Assembly (NCBI GenBank): GCA_950097015.1 | Contig: CATNEN010000030.1 | Coordinates: 3,534,001-3,598,000 of the forward strand | DNA from: Macrostomum hystrix | Lineage: Eukaryota; Animalia; Platyhelminthes | Length of the DNA: 64,000 bases | Reading direction: 5' to 3' | Shown here: positions 12,028-23,324 of the stretch, in pieces | Layout: each line of letters starts with the position of its first letter | Position numbering within the stretch: position 1 is the stretch's first letter | Notes under the pieces: model-generated | What the model was told of the DNA's origin: nothing | The model's input: only the letters and a program-made list of their open reading frames with translations | Databases searched by the model: none | Translations under genes and position numbers: made by a program

Positions 12028-14675
12028 CTTAGAATCGGTACAGTTTAGGTTTGTACAGTCTTGTGGTATTTCAGTTTAGAATCGGTACAGTTTAAGTTTG
12101 TTCGGTGTGGTATTTCAGTTTAGAATCGGTACAGTTTAAGTTTGTTCGGTGTGGTATTTCAGTTTAGAATCGGTACAGTTTAAGTTTGTTCGGTGTGGTA
12201 TTTCAGTTTAGAATCGGTACAGTTTAAGTTTGTTCGGTGTGGTATTTCAGTTTAGAATCGGTACAGTTTAAGTTTGTTCGGTGTGGTATTTCAGTTTAGA
12301 ATCGGTACAGTTTAAGTTTGTTAGGTGTGGTATTTCAGTTTAGAATCGGTACAGTTTAGGTTTGTTCGGTGTGGTATTTCAGTTTAGAATCGGTACAGTT
12401 TAAGTTTGTTCGGTGTGGTATTTCAGTTTAGAATCGGTACAGTTTAAGTTTGTTCGGTGTGGTATTTCAGTTTAGAATCGGTACAGTTTAAGTTTGTTAG
12501 GTGTGGTATTTCAGTTTAGAATCGGTAAAGTTTAAGTTTGTTAGGTGTGGTATTTCAGTTTAGAATCGGTACAGTTTAAGTTTGTTAGGTGTGGTATTTC
12601 AGTTTAGAATCGGTACAGTTTAAGTTTGTTCGGTGTGGTATTTCAGTTTAGAATCGGTACAGTTTAAGTTTGTTCGGTGTGGTATTTCAGTTTAGAATCG
12701 GTACAGTTTAAGTTTGTTCGGTGTGGTATTTCAGTTTAGAATCGGTACAGTTTAAGTTTGTTAGGTGTGGTATTTCAGTTTAGAATCGGTAAAGTTTAAG
12801 TTTGTTAGGTGTGGTATTTCAGTTTAGAATCAGTACAGTTTAAGTTTGTTCGGTGTGGTATTTCAGTTTAGAATCGGTACAGTTTAAGTTTGTTAGGTGT
12901 GGTATTTCAGTTTAGAATCGGTACAGTTTAAGTTTGTTCGGTGTGGTATTTCAGTTTAGAATCGGTACAGTTTAAGTTTGTTAGGTGTGGTATTTCAGTT
13001 TAGAATCGGTACAGTTTAAGTTTGTTAGGTGTGGTATTTCAGTTTAGAATCGGTACAGTTTAGGTTTGTTAGGTGTGGTATTTCAGTTTAGAATCGGTAC
13101 AGTTTAGGTTTGTTCGGTGTGGTATTTCAGTTTAGAATCGGTACAGTTTAGGTTTGTTCGGTGTGGTATTTCAGTTTAGAATCGGTACAGTTTAAGTTTG
13201 TTAGGTGTGGTATTTCAGTTTAGAATCGGTACAGTTTAGGTTTGTTAGGTGTGGTATTTCAGTTTAGAATCGGTACAGTTTAAGTTTGTTCGGTGTGGTA
13301 TTTCAGTTTAGAATCGGTACAGTTTAAGCTTGTTCGGTGTGGTATTTCAGTTTAGAATCGGTACAGTTTAAGTTTGTTCGGTGTGGTATTTCAGTTTAGA
13401 ATCGGTACAGTTTAGGTTTGTTCGGTGTGGTATTTCAGTTTAGAATCGGTACAGTTTAGGTTTGTTAGGTGTGGTATTTCAGTTTAGAATCGGTACAGTT
13501 TAAGTTTGTTCGGTGTGGTATTTCAGTTTAGAATCGGTACAGTTTAAGTTTGTTCGGTGTGGTATTTCAGTTTAGAATCGGTACAGTTTAAGTTTGTTCG
13601 GTGTGGTATTTCAGTTTAGAATCGGTACAGTTTAAGTTTGTTCGGTGTGGTATTTCAGTTTAGAATCGGTACAGTTTAGGTTTGTTAGGTGTGGTATTTC
13701 AGTTTAGAATCGGTACAGTTTAGGTTTGTTAGGTGTGGTATTTCAGTTTAGAATCGGTACAGTTTAAGTTTGTTCGGTGTGGTATTTCAGTTTAGAATCG
13801 GTACAGTTTAAGTTTGTTAGGTGTGGTATTTCAGTTTAGAATCGGTAAAGTTTAAGTTTGTTAGGTGTGGTATTTCAGTTTAGAATCAGTACAGTTTAAG
13901 TTTGTTCGGTGTGGTATTTCAGTTTAGAATCGGTACAGTTTAAGTTTGTTAGGTGTGGTATTTCAGTTTAGAATCGGTACAGTTTAAGTTTGTTCGGTGT
14001 GGTATTTCAGTTTAGAATCGGTACAGTTTAAGTTTGTTAGGTGTGGTATTTCAGTTTAGAATCGGTACAGTTTAAGTTTGTTAGGTGTGGTATTTCAGTT
14101 TAGAATCGGTACAGTTTAGGTTTGTTAGGTGTGGTATTTCAGTTTAGAATCGGTACAGTTTAGGTTTGTTCGGTGTGGTATTTCAGTTTAGAATCGGTAC
14201 AGTTTAGGTTTGTTCGGTGTGGTATTTCAGTTTAGAATCGGTACAGTTTAAGTTTGTTAGGTGTGGTATTTCAGTTTAGAATCGGTACAGTTTAGGTTTG
14301 TTAGGTGTGGTATTTCAGTTTAGAATCGGTACAGTTTAAGTTTGTTCGGTGTGGTATTTCAGTTTAGAATCGGTACAGTTTAAGCTTGTTCGGTGTGGTA
14401 TTTCAGTTTAGAATCGGTACAGTTTAAGTTTGTTCGGTGTGGTATTTCAGTTTAGAATCGGTACAGTTTAGGTTTGTTCGGTGTGGTATTTCAGTTTAGA
14501 ATCGGTACAGTTTAGGTTTGTTAGGTGTGGTATTTCAGTTTAGAATCGGTACAGTTTAAGTTTGTTCGGTGTGGTATTTCAGTTTAGAATCGATACAGTT
14601 TAGGTTTGTTCGGTGTGGTATTTCAGTTTAGAATCGGTACAGTTTAGGTTTGTTCGGTGTGGTATTTCAGTTTGT
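12028..14675. repeat. 44-bp minisatellite TTTAGAATCGGTACAGTTTAAGTTTGTTCGGTGTGGTATTTCAG (~60 units)
   Basis: Period 44 (12075 and 12119). Confidence 0.98.
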
Positions 14676-15129
14676 CCAGTTTCAGTTTGGGGTTTCATCG
14701 CAAAGCTTTCATCTTAGTTTAAGTTTCCGTACTTTTGCACTTTTGCAAACATTAGCAAATAAAAAATAAGTTAGAAATCAGTACCCCAACAGCACCTATC
14801 ACTCTGAACTCTACTCAACTATGCTCAAACTATACAAGTACAAGCGTTACCCTCTGCTTTCTCGTCATCAATAGTTCAGAAGCCTTCAGGTTCTGTTCTC
14901 CTATTTACTTTAGCTTCATTCTGCTTTTCTCACATCAATTTCGCCGCGCCAGATTCCGCATCGCTTCTTACTGACTCTCAGAGACGTCAGTCCAAATTAA
15001 TTTTTCATGACAAATAAGAATCAGAAAATGAATGATGGTAGAACATTAATCAACTATTGCTGACTGATTGGCCATCTGTTCTGTTCTACAAATTCATTTT
15101 TCAGCAAATTGTCCAATTTCGACCCGCAG

Positions 15130-15247
15130 TTCTCCGGCATTGGCAAACGAGTTACTGGTGAGGAGAACAACAAATTCACCAACTTTGCCGGAGACACTTT
15201 CAGCCTGGAGATCAAGGACAACAAGAAGAAGACCACCGCCCTGCTGT
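15130..15247 (+). CDS. INPP1: INPP1 coding exon 2
   Basis: cgcag|TTC; FSGIGKRVTGEENNKFTNFAGDTFSLEIKDNKKKTTALL, with the GEE metal-ligand motif. Donor T|gtgagc, phase 1. Confidence 0.92.
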
Positions 15248-15314
15248 GTGAGCGCAAGAGGAGGTGGGAGCGGAGAACCAACGAGGAGCAAAGACGAAGG
15301 AAAGGGAACAGAGA

Positions 15315-16215
15315 AGGGGAGGGAGCGGAGCGGAGAAATTGATGGAGTAGAGAAGGGGAGGGAGCATAGAAGGGAGCAGAGAAGGGGGCGGAGAAGGGGG
15401 TGGAGAAGGGGAGGGAGCGGAGAAGGGAGCAGAGAAGAAGAGGGAGCGGAGAAGGGAGCGGAGAAAGGGGCGGAGAAGTGGAGGGAGCGGAGAAGGGGAG
15501 GGAGCGGAGAAGTGGAGGGAGCGGAGAAGGGAGTGGAGAAGGGGAGGGAGCGGAGAATGGGGCGGAACGGAGAAGGGGAGGGAGCCGAGAAGGTGAGAGA
15601 GCAGAGAAGGGGAGGGAGCGGAGAAGTGGAGGGAGCGGAGAAGGGAGCAGAGAAGGGGGCGGAGAAGGGGAGGGAGTGGAGAAGGGGAGGGAGCGGATAA
15701 GTGAGGGAGCGGAGAAGGGGACGGAGCGGAGAAGGGGAGGGAGCGGAGAATGGGAGGGAGCGAAGAAGGGGAGGGAGCGGAGAAGGGGAGGGAGCAGAGA
15801 AGGGGAGGGAGCGGAGAAGGGGAGGGAGCGGAGAAGGGGAGGGAGCGGAGAAGGGGAGGGAGCGGAGAAGGGGAGGGAGCGGAGAAGGGGAGGGAGCGGA
15901 GAAGGGGAGGGAGCGGAGAAGGGGAGGGAGCGGAGAAGGGGAGGGAGCGGAGAAGGGGAGGGAGCGGAGAAGGGGAGGGAGCGGAGAAGGGGAGGGAGCG
16001 GAGAAGAAGAGGGAGCGGAGAAGGGGAGGGAGCGGAGAAGAAGAGGGAGCGGAGAAGGGGAGGGAGCGGAGAAGGGGAGGGAGCGGAGAAGGGGAGGGAG
16101 CGGAGAAGGGGAGGGAGCGGAGAAGAAGAGGGAGCGGAGAAGGGGAGGGAGCGGAGAAGAAGAGGGAGCGGAGAAGGGGAGGGAGCGGAGAAGGGGGGCG
16201 GAGCAGGGGTGGAGC
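15315..16215. repeat. Purine-rich 17-bp repeat GGAGCGGAGAAGGGGAG
   Basis: Direct reading, INPP1 intron 2. Confidence 0.95.
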
Positions 16216-16896
16216 GGAGAAATGGATGAATTTGCGAGAAGAGAAAGGAGAGAAGAATGCACACATTGAAAGTGTGTCAGTCACTTTCCATCAAATTTTC
16301 CCATCGGGCTGACTGGGCTTCTTTCCGGACTGGCTCTCGAACGCTTTGCAAAAAAATTATTTTGAATTCGCCACGCTTTAGAACAGGCCAGCCGGCAAGA
16401 GCGAAACTGTGAGAGGAACGGAGAGAGGTGGATAGAAAATAGACACTTGGCGGCAGACTTCAAAAGGAAATCCAGCCTTACCCCAGCCGCCCTGCGTGAA
16501 TTATTCTATTTTAGTTGACAGGAGAGGGAGGCGCATTGATTTGATTGATCGATGTAGTGTTTCTTCAGGTGAAACTGCTTTAAATTGCAGTCGCATTGCA
16601 GTTTTATAATTTTCTCCTTCTTCCAATGTCAACTGGTTGTCGATGCACTTTTAAATATGATTTACGCGTGGAATGAGAACCTTTTTTACCTCATCATTCA
16701 ATGAAGATGTTGAATGAAAAAAGTTATTATAAACGAATATGAATAAATACGAGCTATATTAAAAAAATCGAAAGGAAATGAAAAAAAATGAATGCAGGAA
16801 ACTTTCTGAAAAATTTTCTAAAGTGAAGGACATTAGAAAATTTTCGAAATTCAGGAAACAAAGACTGTTATGAAAGTTTCTGAAGTTTCTGCATTG

Positions 16897-17215
16897 AGTG
16901 ACAGAGCGATTAACGCGTTTGCCGCTCGCACCAAGGTCCAATGAGCTCGATTCCGCTGCGAGGCCACATTCATTTGGGGCGCAGTCGCGGAGAGAAGGCT
17001 TTGTGGCTTGTCGTGCAATTTACGCCCTTGAGGGCCAACCTCCAAGGCACAGTGAGAGTGTACAGTGCCTGACGATGAGAAAATCAGGGCAGATGTACAC
17101 ACTCTGACTGAGTTTGCGTTCAGGAGTCAGCGGAACGGGCCGAATTGCCTCCTCGCTGGCCGCGGGTCTAGTGTCACCAAATGGTGTGCCATTGCCCGCA
17201 GCCCTCCTGCAAATG
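16897..17215 (+). mobile_element. SINE family A, copy 2 (INPP1 intron 2)
   Basis: Alignable by eye to copies 1 and 3-5 over about 320 bp; tail absent. Confidence 0.82.
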
Positions 17216-17290
17216 TAAGCATTTGTGCCCTTTAGCAAGAACTCTATTTCCCCAGTGCTACAGTGTTACACCCAGCCGAAACATGTGTGG

Positions 17291-17530
17291 GTGGGATCTG
17301 GGATCGGGGATCTGGGATCGGGGATCTGGGATCGGGGATCTGGGATCGGGGATCTGGGATCGGGGATCTGGGATCGGGGATCTGGGATCGGGGATCTGGG
17401 ATCGGGGATCTGGGATCGGGGATCTGGGATCGGGGATCTGGGATCGGGGATCTGGGATCGGGGATCTGGGATCGGGGATCTGGGATCGGGGATCTGGGAT
17501 CGGGGATCTGGGATCGGGGATCTGGGATCC
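17291..17530. repeat. 14-bp repeat TGGGATCGGGGATC
   Basis: Essentially perfect array ending 30 nt before the exon 3 acceptor. Confidence 0.97.
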
Positions 17531-17559
17531 TGATGAAACTGTCGATTCTCCAACAACAG

Positions 17560-17709
17560 GTAAAATTCTGGACGGCAACGACCGAGCTGCTACCACCTTG
17601 GCCAACCTGGTGCACGAAGAGGTTTCCGTGCCGCGTCCGGCAGAACTAGAAAAGCTGGAGTCGATGCAGCTGGACAAGAAGGAGATCGGAATCTGGATTG
17701 ATCCCATAG
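17560..17709 (+). CDS. INPP1: INPP1 coding exon 3
   Basis: aacag|GT completes a TGT codon; KILDGNDRAATTLANLVHEEV...EIGIWIDPI. Donor G|gtgcgt, phase 1. Confidence 0.93.
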
Positions 17710-17783
17710 GTGCGTAAGTTTTACTCGCAGATGAGACATTGGGATTTGGGCTAAGCCAGCTCGTCTTCGTGTGGCCACTTCAG

Positions 17784-17961
17784 ACGGCACGGCGGAGTAC
17801 ATCTCGGGCAGTCGGGATCCGGAATTCCGGCCGGGGGAAAACATCAGCCAGAACGGCCTGCCGAATGTCACCGTGCTGATTGGCGTCTACGAGAGGTCAA
17901 CCGGCCTGCCGATTATTGGTGTCATCAACCAGCCCTTCTTCAAGAGCGAGGACGGAAAAAT
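17784..17961 (+). CDS. INPP1: INPP1 coding exon 4
   Basis: ttcag|AC completes the Asp of the DPIDGT motif of Li-sensitive phosphatases; VTVLIGVYERSTGLPIIGVINQPF. Donor AT|gtgaga, phase 2. Confidence 0.95.
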
Positions 17962-18082
17962 GTGAGACTGAAGGCATGCGCCGAGAGGGAAGGAGAGGTA
18001 CAGGAAGGGGAGAGGGACAGATAAAGGTAGAGGGGGGATAGGGAGTGGAAGTGGAAGGTGGAGAGGAAGGTGGAGAGGTGGT

Positions 18083-18437
18083 GCGTCTGTGGCAGAGTGG
18101 CCTAAGGCGCTTACCTCTCGCACCAAGGTCCCTGAGCTCGATTCCGCGGCGAGGCCACATTCATTTGGGGCGCAGCCGCGGAGAGAAGACTTGGGGGCTT
18201 GTCGTGCAATTCACGCCCTTGAGGGCCAACCTTCAAGGCACAGTGAGAGTGTACGATGAGAAAGTCAGAGCAGATGTACACACCTGTGTGAGCGTGTGCC
18301 TGCGCATGGTGTTTGTGTGCGTGTGTGCTCAGGAGTCAGCGGAACGGGCAGTATTGTCTCCTGGCTGGCTTGGGGTCTTATGTCACCAAACGATGGGCCA
18401 TTGCGAGCAGCCCTCCTGCCATTATTATTATTATTAT
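18083..18437 (+). mobile_element. SINE family A, copy 3 (INPP1 intron 4)
   Basis: tRNA-like head GTGGCAGAGTGGCCTAAGGCGC and (ATT)n tail. Possible target-site duplication AGGTGGAGAGG at 18068-18078 and 18439-18449, but the flanks are low complexity. Confidence 0.85.
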
Positions 18438-19139
18438 GAGGTGGAGAGGGAGAGGTAAAGCGAGAGGTGGACGGAGAGTGAGAAGTAGATAAGGTGCCTA
18501 AAGGTGGACAGGAAGGTAGGCAGGTAAGTATATAGTAAGTAGGAAGAAAAAGTGTAGATATGGATGTAGAGGACAAAAAAGCCAGAGTAGATTTCGCTAG
18601 AAATTATTCAGAAAATTTCTGCCTCCCAAATCATTCCCGTTGGAAAAGTGCAGACCTGATCCAGGTAACGAGGTCAGCCTTGTCCACAGCTTTCTTCAGG
18701 CAGTTCAAAGTCGCCAAATTTCAATAATCCCATCCCTCTTCCTCCCACTCCATCTAGTTTGTGTGAAGTCGGAATCTGATTAAAAAAACTGTGGCGAGTT
18801 GATTTCGCCACAATGATGCCCTGCCCGAGGGGGGAGAGATGGGATCGTAGTGCATGGCCCGGTAGGGAGAATTATCCCAAGCATTGATTCCCACATTGTG
18901 ACTAGACGGATAGATGAGATGAGTTTTCATGAGTTATTAATTAAAAAGGAAAATGAACATTAGTTCTACAAAAAAATTTATTCTGCATTACAATTCATTT
19001 TCAATGGAGGGTCTTTATCACAGTGGCTTTTTGGGAGATATCACGCAGAGGATTTGAAGTTCGTTGGAGGTGCAGATGGTTGCAGAATGCTGCAGAAAGC
19101 AAAGGGTCAGAAAAAATGTCAGTGAAAGTAGGTCTGCCA

Positions 19140-19922
19140 AGAAGGGGTCAGCAATGATGGGGTCAGAAAAAAGGGTCAACAATAAGGGGGTCAGAAACTA
19201 AGGGTCAGCAAAGAAGGGGTCAGTAGAAGGGGTCAGCAACGAAGGGTCAGCAATGAAGGGGTCAGAAACTAGGGGTCAGCAATGAAGGGGTCAGAAACTA
19301 GGGGTCAGCAATGAAGGGGTCAGAAACTAGGGGTCAGCAATGAAGGGGTCAGAAACTAGGGGTCAGCAATGAAGGGGTCAGAAACTAGGGGTCAGCAATG
19401 AAGGGGTCAGAAACTAGGGGTCAGCAATGAAGGGGTCAGAAACTAGGGGTCAGCAATGAAGGGGTCAGAAACTAGGGGTCAGCAATGAAGGGGTCAGAAA
19501 CTAGGGGTCAGCAATGAAGGGGTCAGAAACTAGGGGTCAGCAATGAAGGGGTCAGAAACTAGGGGTCAGCAATGAAGGGGTCAGAAACTAGGGGTCAGCA
19601 ATGAAGGGGTCAGAAACTAGGGGTCAGCAATGAAGGGGTCAGAAACTAGGGGTCAGCAATGAAGGGGTCAGAAACTAGGGGTCAGCAATGAAGGGGTCAG
19701 AAACTAGGGGTCAGCAATGAAGGGGTCAGCAACTAGGGGTCAGCAATGAAGGGTCAGCAACTAGGGGTCAGCAATGAAGGGGTCAGAAACTAGGGGTCAG
19801 CAATGAAGGGGTCAGAAACTAGGGGTCAGCAATGAAGGGGTCAGAAACTAGGGGTCAGCAATGAAGGGGTCAGAAACTAGGGGTCAGCAATGAAGGGGTC
19901 AGAAACTAGGGGTCAGCAATGA
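19140..19922. repeat. 29-bp repeat GGGGTCAGAAACTAGGGGTCAGCAATGAA
   Basis: Dimer of 14- and 15-bp subunits; degenerate left edge. Confidence 0.97.
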
Positions 19923-20026
19923 GGCGTTATTTCACTCAGAAATGAGGGGCCAATTAGGAGGGGGTTTCAAACAAAAAGTGCCAAATCCATTACTCATACA
20001 TCGTTTTTCTAATCTCAAACTGTCAG

Positions 20027-20284
20027 CTGGACTGGCCGCATGGTGTGGGGCGCCTGCATCGGCGACACCAGAGTCACCAGCGTGCCGCACGGTCGCGCCC
20101 AGCCGCCGGTTGGCGAAGCTGAAAAGTTGGCCGTGGTGACGTCAATGTCCGACTGCAAGAAGCTGGGCACCTACCTGTGCGAGAACTTTGACATCCTCAC
20201 CGCTCCGGGTGCTGGCTACAAACTGCTCTGCGTCATCGACAAGCTGTGCTCAGCCTATGCGCTTTCCAAGGACAATACGTACAG
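20027..20284 (+). CDS. INPP1: INPP1 coding exon 5
   Basis: gtcag|C TGG; WTGRMVWG...APGAGYKLLCVI...KDNTY. Donor AG|gtggga, phase 2. Confidence 0.93.
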
Positions 20285-20306
20285 GTGGGACGCAATGTGA
20301 CTGTGT

Positions 20307-20457
20307 TGGGTCAGGGGTTCAGGAGTGGGTCAGTCAGCTCATGAGTGGGTCAGGCATTTCATGAGTGGGTCAGGCAGTTTAGGAGTGGGTCAGGCAGTTC
20401 AGGAGTGGGTGAGGCAGTTCAGGAGTGGGTCAAACAGTTCAGGAGTGGGTCAGGCAA
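20307..20457. repeat. 20-bp degenerate repeat AGGAGTGGGTCAGGCAGTTC filling INPP1 intron 5
   Basis: Direct reading. Confidence 0.88.
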
Positions 20458-20483
20458 TTAACATTGGCAATTAACCCACGCAG

Positions 20484-20775
20484 GTGGGACACGTGTGCGC
20501 CTCACGCCATTCTGCGCTCGCAAGGCGGCGGAATTGTCAAGCACCAGCCAGCCCTGACTGCCGACCTGTCCGGCGGCGGCGGCGGCGGCGGCTCCAGTGG
20601 CGGAGCCTCAGGCCAGGGCGGCCGGGACCGCATTCTGCGCGACCTCCAGCTGACCTACCACAAGGCGGAGCCAAAGGCCACTGGCTCCAATGCCTGGTGC
20701 AACATGCAGGGAGTCATCGCCTACTCAGATGCCGGCGTGCTCGAACGCCTGGTGGCCAGCCTGACGAAGAAGTGA
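20484..20775 (+). CDS. INPP1: INPP1 last coding exon
   Basis: cgcag|G TGG; WDTCAPHAILRSQGGGIV (family WD.CA.HAIL motif) to TGA. The spliced CDS is 1206 nt, or 401 aa. Confidence 0.94.
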
Positions 20776-21074
20776 CACCTGGACAGGTGACTCAGGCATC
20801 ACTGGCCACTCCTTACACACTACTAGCTTAGTATAGAGAATATACTCGCGACTTCTATCCATGATAATGAGAGGAATGTTTCATCTATTAAATTAGCGTT
20901 TTAGTTTAAATATATAAACTAAATTAAATATATAGTCAAACATGTGGTATGTAATCTCCATTAGCAGCTGTTGATCAAAGTTATTAATTCGGCTTAAAAC
21001 ATTCCTCCGCTAGTTCCATTTTCTAGTGTAAAGTGTACTTTTTCCTTTCATTAGATGTATTTCTTACCATTTAT

Positions 21075-21650
21075 TCGGTGTACCTTATTCCCTTCGTTGG
21101 GTGTACCTTATTCCCTTCATTGGGTGTATCTTATCCCTTGATTGGGTGTACCTTATTCCCTTCATTGGGGTACCTTATCCCTTGATTGGGTGTATCTTAT
21201 TCCCTTCATTGGGGTACCTTATCCCTTGATTGGGTGTACCTTATTCACTTCATTGGGTGTATCTTATAACCTTCATTGGGTGAACGTTATTCCCTTCATT
21301 GGGTGTACCTTATTCCCTTCATTGGGGTATCTTATCCCTTGATTGGGTGTACCTTATTCACTTCATTGGGTGTATCTTATAACCTTCATTGGGTGAACGT
21401 TATTCCCTTCATTGGGTGTACCTTATTCCCTTCATTGGGTGAACCTTATTCCCTTCATTGGGTGAACCTTATTCCCTTCGTTGGGTGTACCTTATTCACT
21501 TTATTGGGTGTATCTTATAACCTTCATTGGATGTACCTCACTCCCTTCATTGGGTGTACCTCACTCCCTTCATTGGATGTACCTCACTCCCTTCATTGGG
21601 TGTACCTCACTCCCTTCATTTGGTGTATCTTATTCCCTTCGTTAGGTCTA
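21075..21650. repeat. 23-bp repeat TGGGTGTACCTTATTCCCTTCAT
   Basis: Direct reading, 3' of INPP1. Confidence 0.94.
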
Positions 21651-22204
21651 CCTTCTCACCTTCCTCATTAATAAATACTTTTTACCTTTGTTTACTATTT
21701 CTAATAATATATAATCTATACAATTTCCGTTTAACTCCAGGAAATGCAACATTTTTATGTGATTGATTAACGTACAATTAATTGTACTCAACATATTATT
21801 AACGATCAATCAAGTTTAACACTAAAATTTTCCTTTTTCAGTTAATTGTTTTTTTGTTAAAGACTTTGACTACGGCGCCCTGGTAAATATTTTATTTCCA
21901 TATCCAAACCCAAAGCAATCCAATCCTGTTGTTTCTAATCTCTTGTGTTGTGCAACCGGAACTTTTTGTTTACTCGTACTATAAGTAGTGTGAAACGCAA
22001 ACTTTCTGTTTTAAGATTGCACCTAAAATACCATCAAATAAAAAAGGTAGTCGCTTAATTTCAAAAAATTGTAGTTTTTTAACATAACGCAGAGGCGTTA
22101 TATGTAACACGAGTACATATAAAAATATAAATAAATGTGCATATTTCTACTCATAGTAGCTGAAAAGAATGCGTTGCTTATTAGGGAAATTCATTTTTTA
22201 CCTT

Positions 22205-22766
22205 TAGTGAGTCACAATCCCCTCTCTCCACCTCCAGTGGGTCACAATCCTCTCTCTACCTCCAGTGGATCACAATCCCCTCTCCACCTTCAGTGGATCA
22301 CAATCCCCTCTCCACCTTCAGTGGGTCACAATCCCCTCTCTCCACCTTCAGTGGGTCACAATCCCCCTCTCCACCTTCAGTGGATCACAATCCCCCTCTC
22401 CACCTTCAGTGGGTCACAATCCCCTCTCTACCTTCAGTGGGTCACAATCCCCTCTCTCCACCTTCAGTGGGTCACAATCCCCTCTCTACCTTCAGTGGGT
22501 CACAATCCTCTCTCTACCTTCAGTGGGTCACAATCCCCTCTCTCCACCTTCAGTGGGTCACAATCCCCTCTCTACCTTCAGTGGGTCACAATCCCCTCTC
22601 TCCACCTTCAGTGGGTCACAATCCGCCTCTCTACCTTCAGTGGATCACAATCCCCCTCTCCACCTTCAGTGGATCACAATCCCCTCTCTCCACCTTCAGT
22701 GGGTCACAATCCCCTCTCCACCTTCAGTGGGTCACAATCCCCTCTCCACCTTCAGTGGGTCACAAT
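22205..22766. repeat. 27-30-bp repeat CAGTGGGTCACAATCCCCTCTC(T)CCACCTT
   Basis: Direct reading. Confidence 0.94.
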
Positions 22767-23324
22767 TTATTATATAATACAAAGACCAATGTGCAATTTG
22801 TAGCAAACAGCTTAGAAAGCTAGACTACACATAAAAGAAGCCTAAAATCAAGAGACAACAACAAAAAATTACAACAAGAAATTTGCAACACTGGAAAGAA
22901 CAAAAAATGTTCTGATGCAGCTATCTACAAATTGTAAAGATATTTATTGCAACAAATTGTCTATGAAAACAATGCGGCATGAATTATGAAAATTCAGAAA
23001 AAAACTCATCATATCCCTAGTAGAGATTTTTATTTATAAAATCGTTCGCAAGACTAGGTGCAATTCATTGCAGATCCGGTATGAAAATTGCTGCTTCAAA
23101 TTTAATTTAACTGACTTAGGGGCGAGTTGCTTCAAGCAAAAATTCGAGTGCAGGCTAAGAGAATCAAACGTGCTGCAGTAATATACAGTGTAGGAAAACT
23201 GCCTATAGATAATTTATAAGCAGCTCTGGTGCTAAGCTCTGCTAAGCTAGGCTGAAATGTCCTCTAAAATTATTCGAATAGACAAGGATTCAGGCTTGAT
23301 CTGTTAAACAGGGCCCCCACCTGT

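Noticed and set aside
12028-14675. Regular 29-44-bp repeats resembling CRISPR arrays
   Set aside because: Units are head-to-tail with no unique spacers, there are no cas genes, and the context is a eukaryotic intron.
15054-16312. Multiple Pro/Ser- or Gly/Glu/Arg-rich ORFs, also at 27.2-29.8, 34.0-34.6, 37.4-38.6, 51.4-53.8 and 59.5-60.8 kb
   Set aside because: All coincide with tandem or low-complexity arrays.
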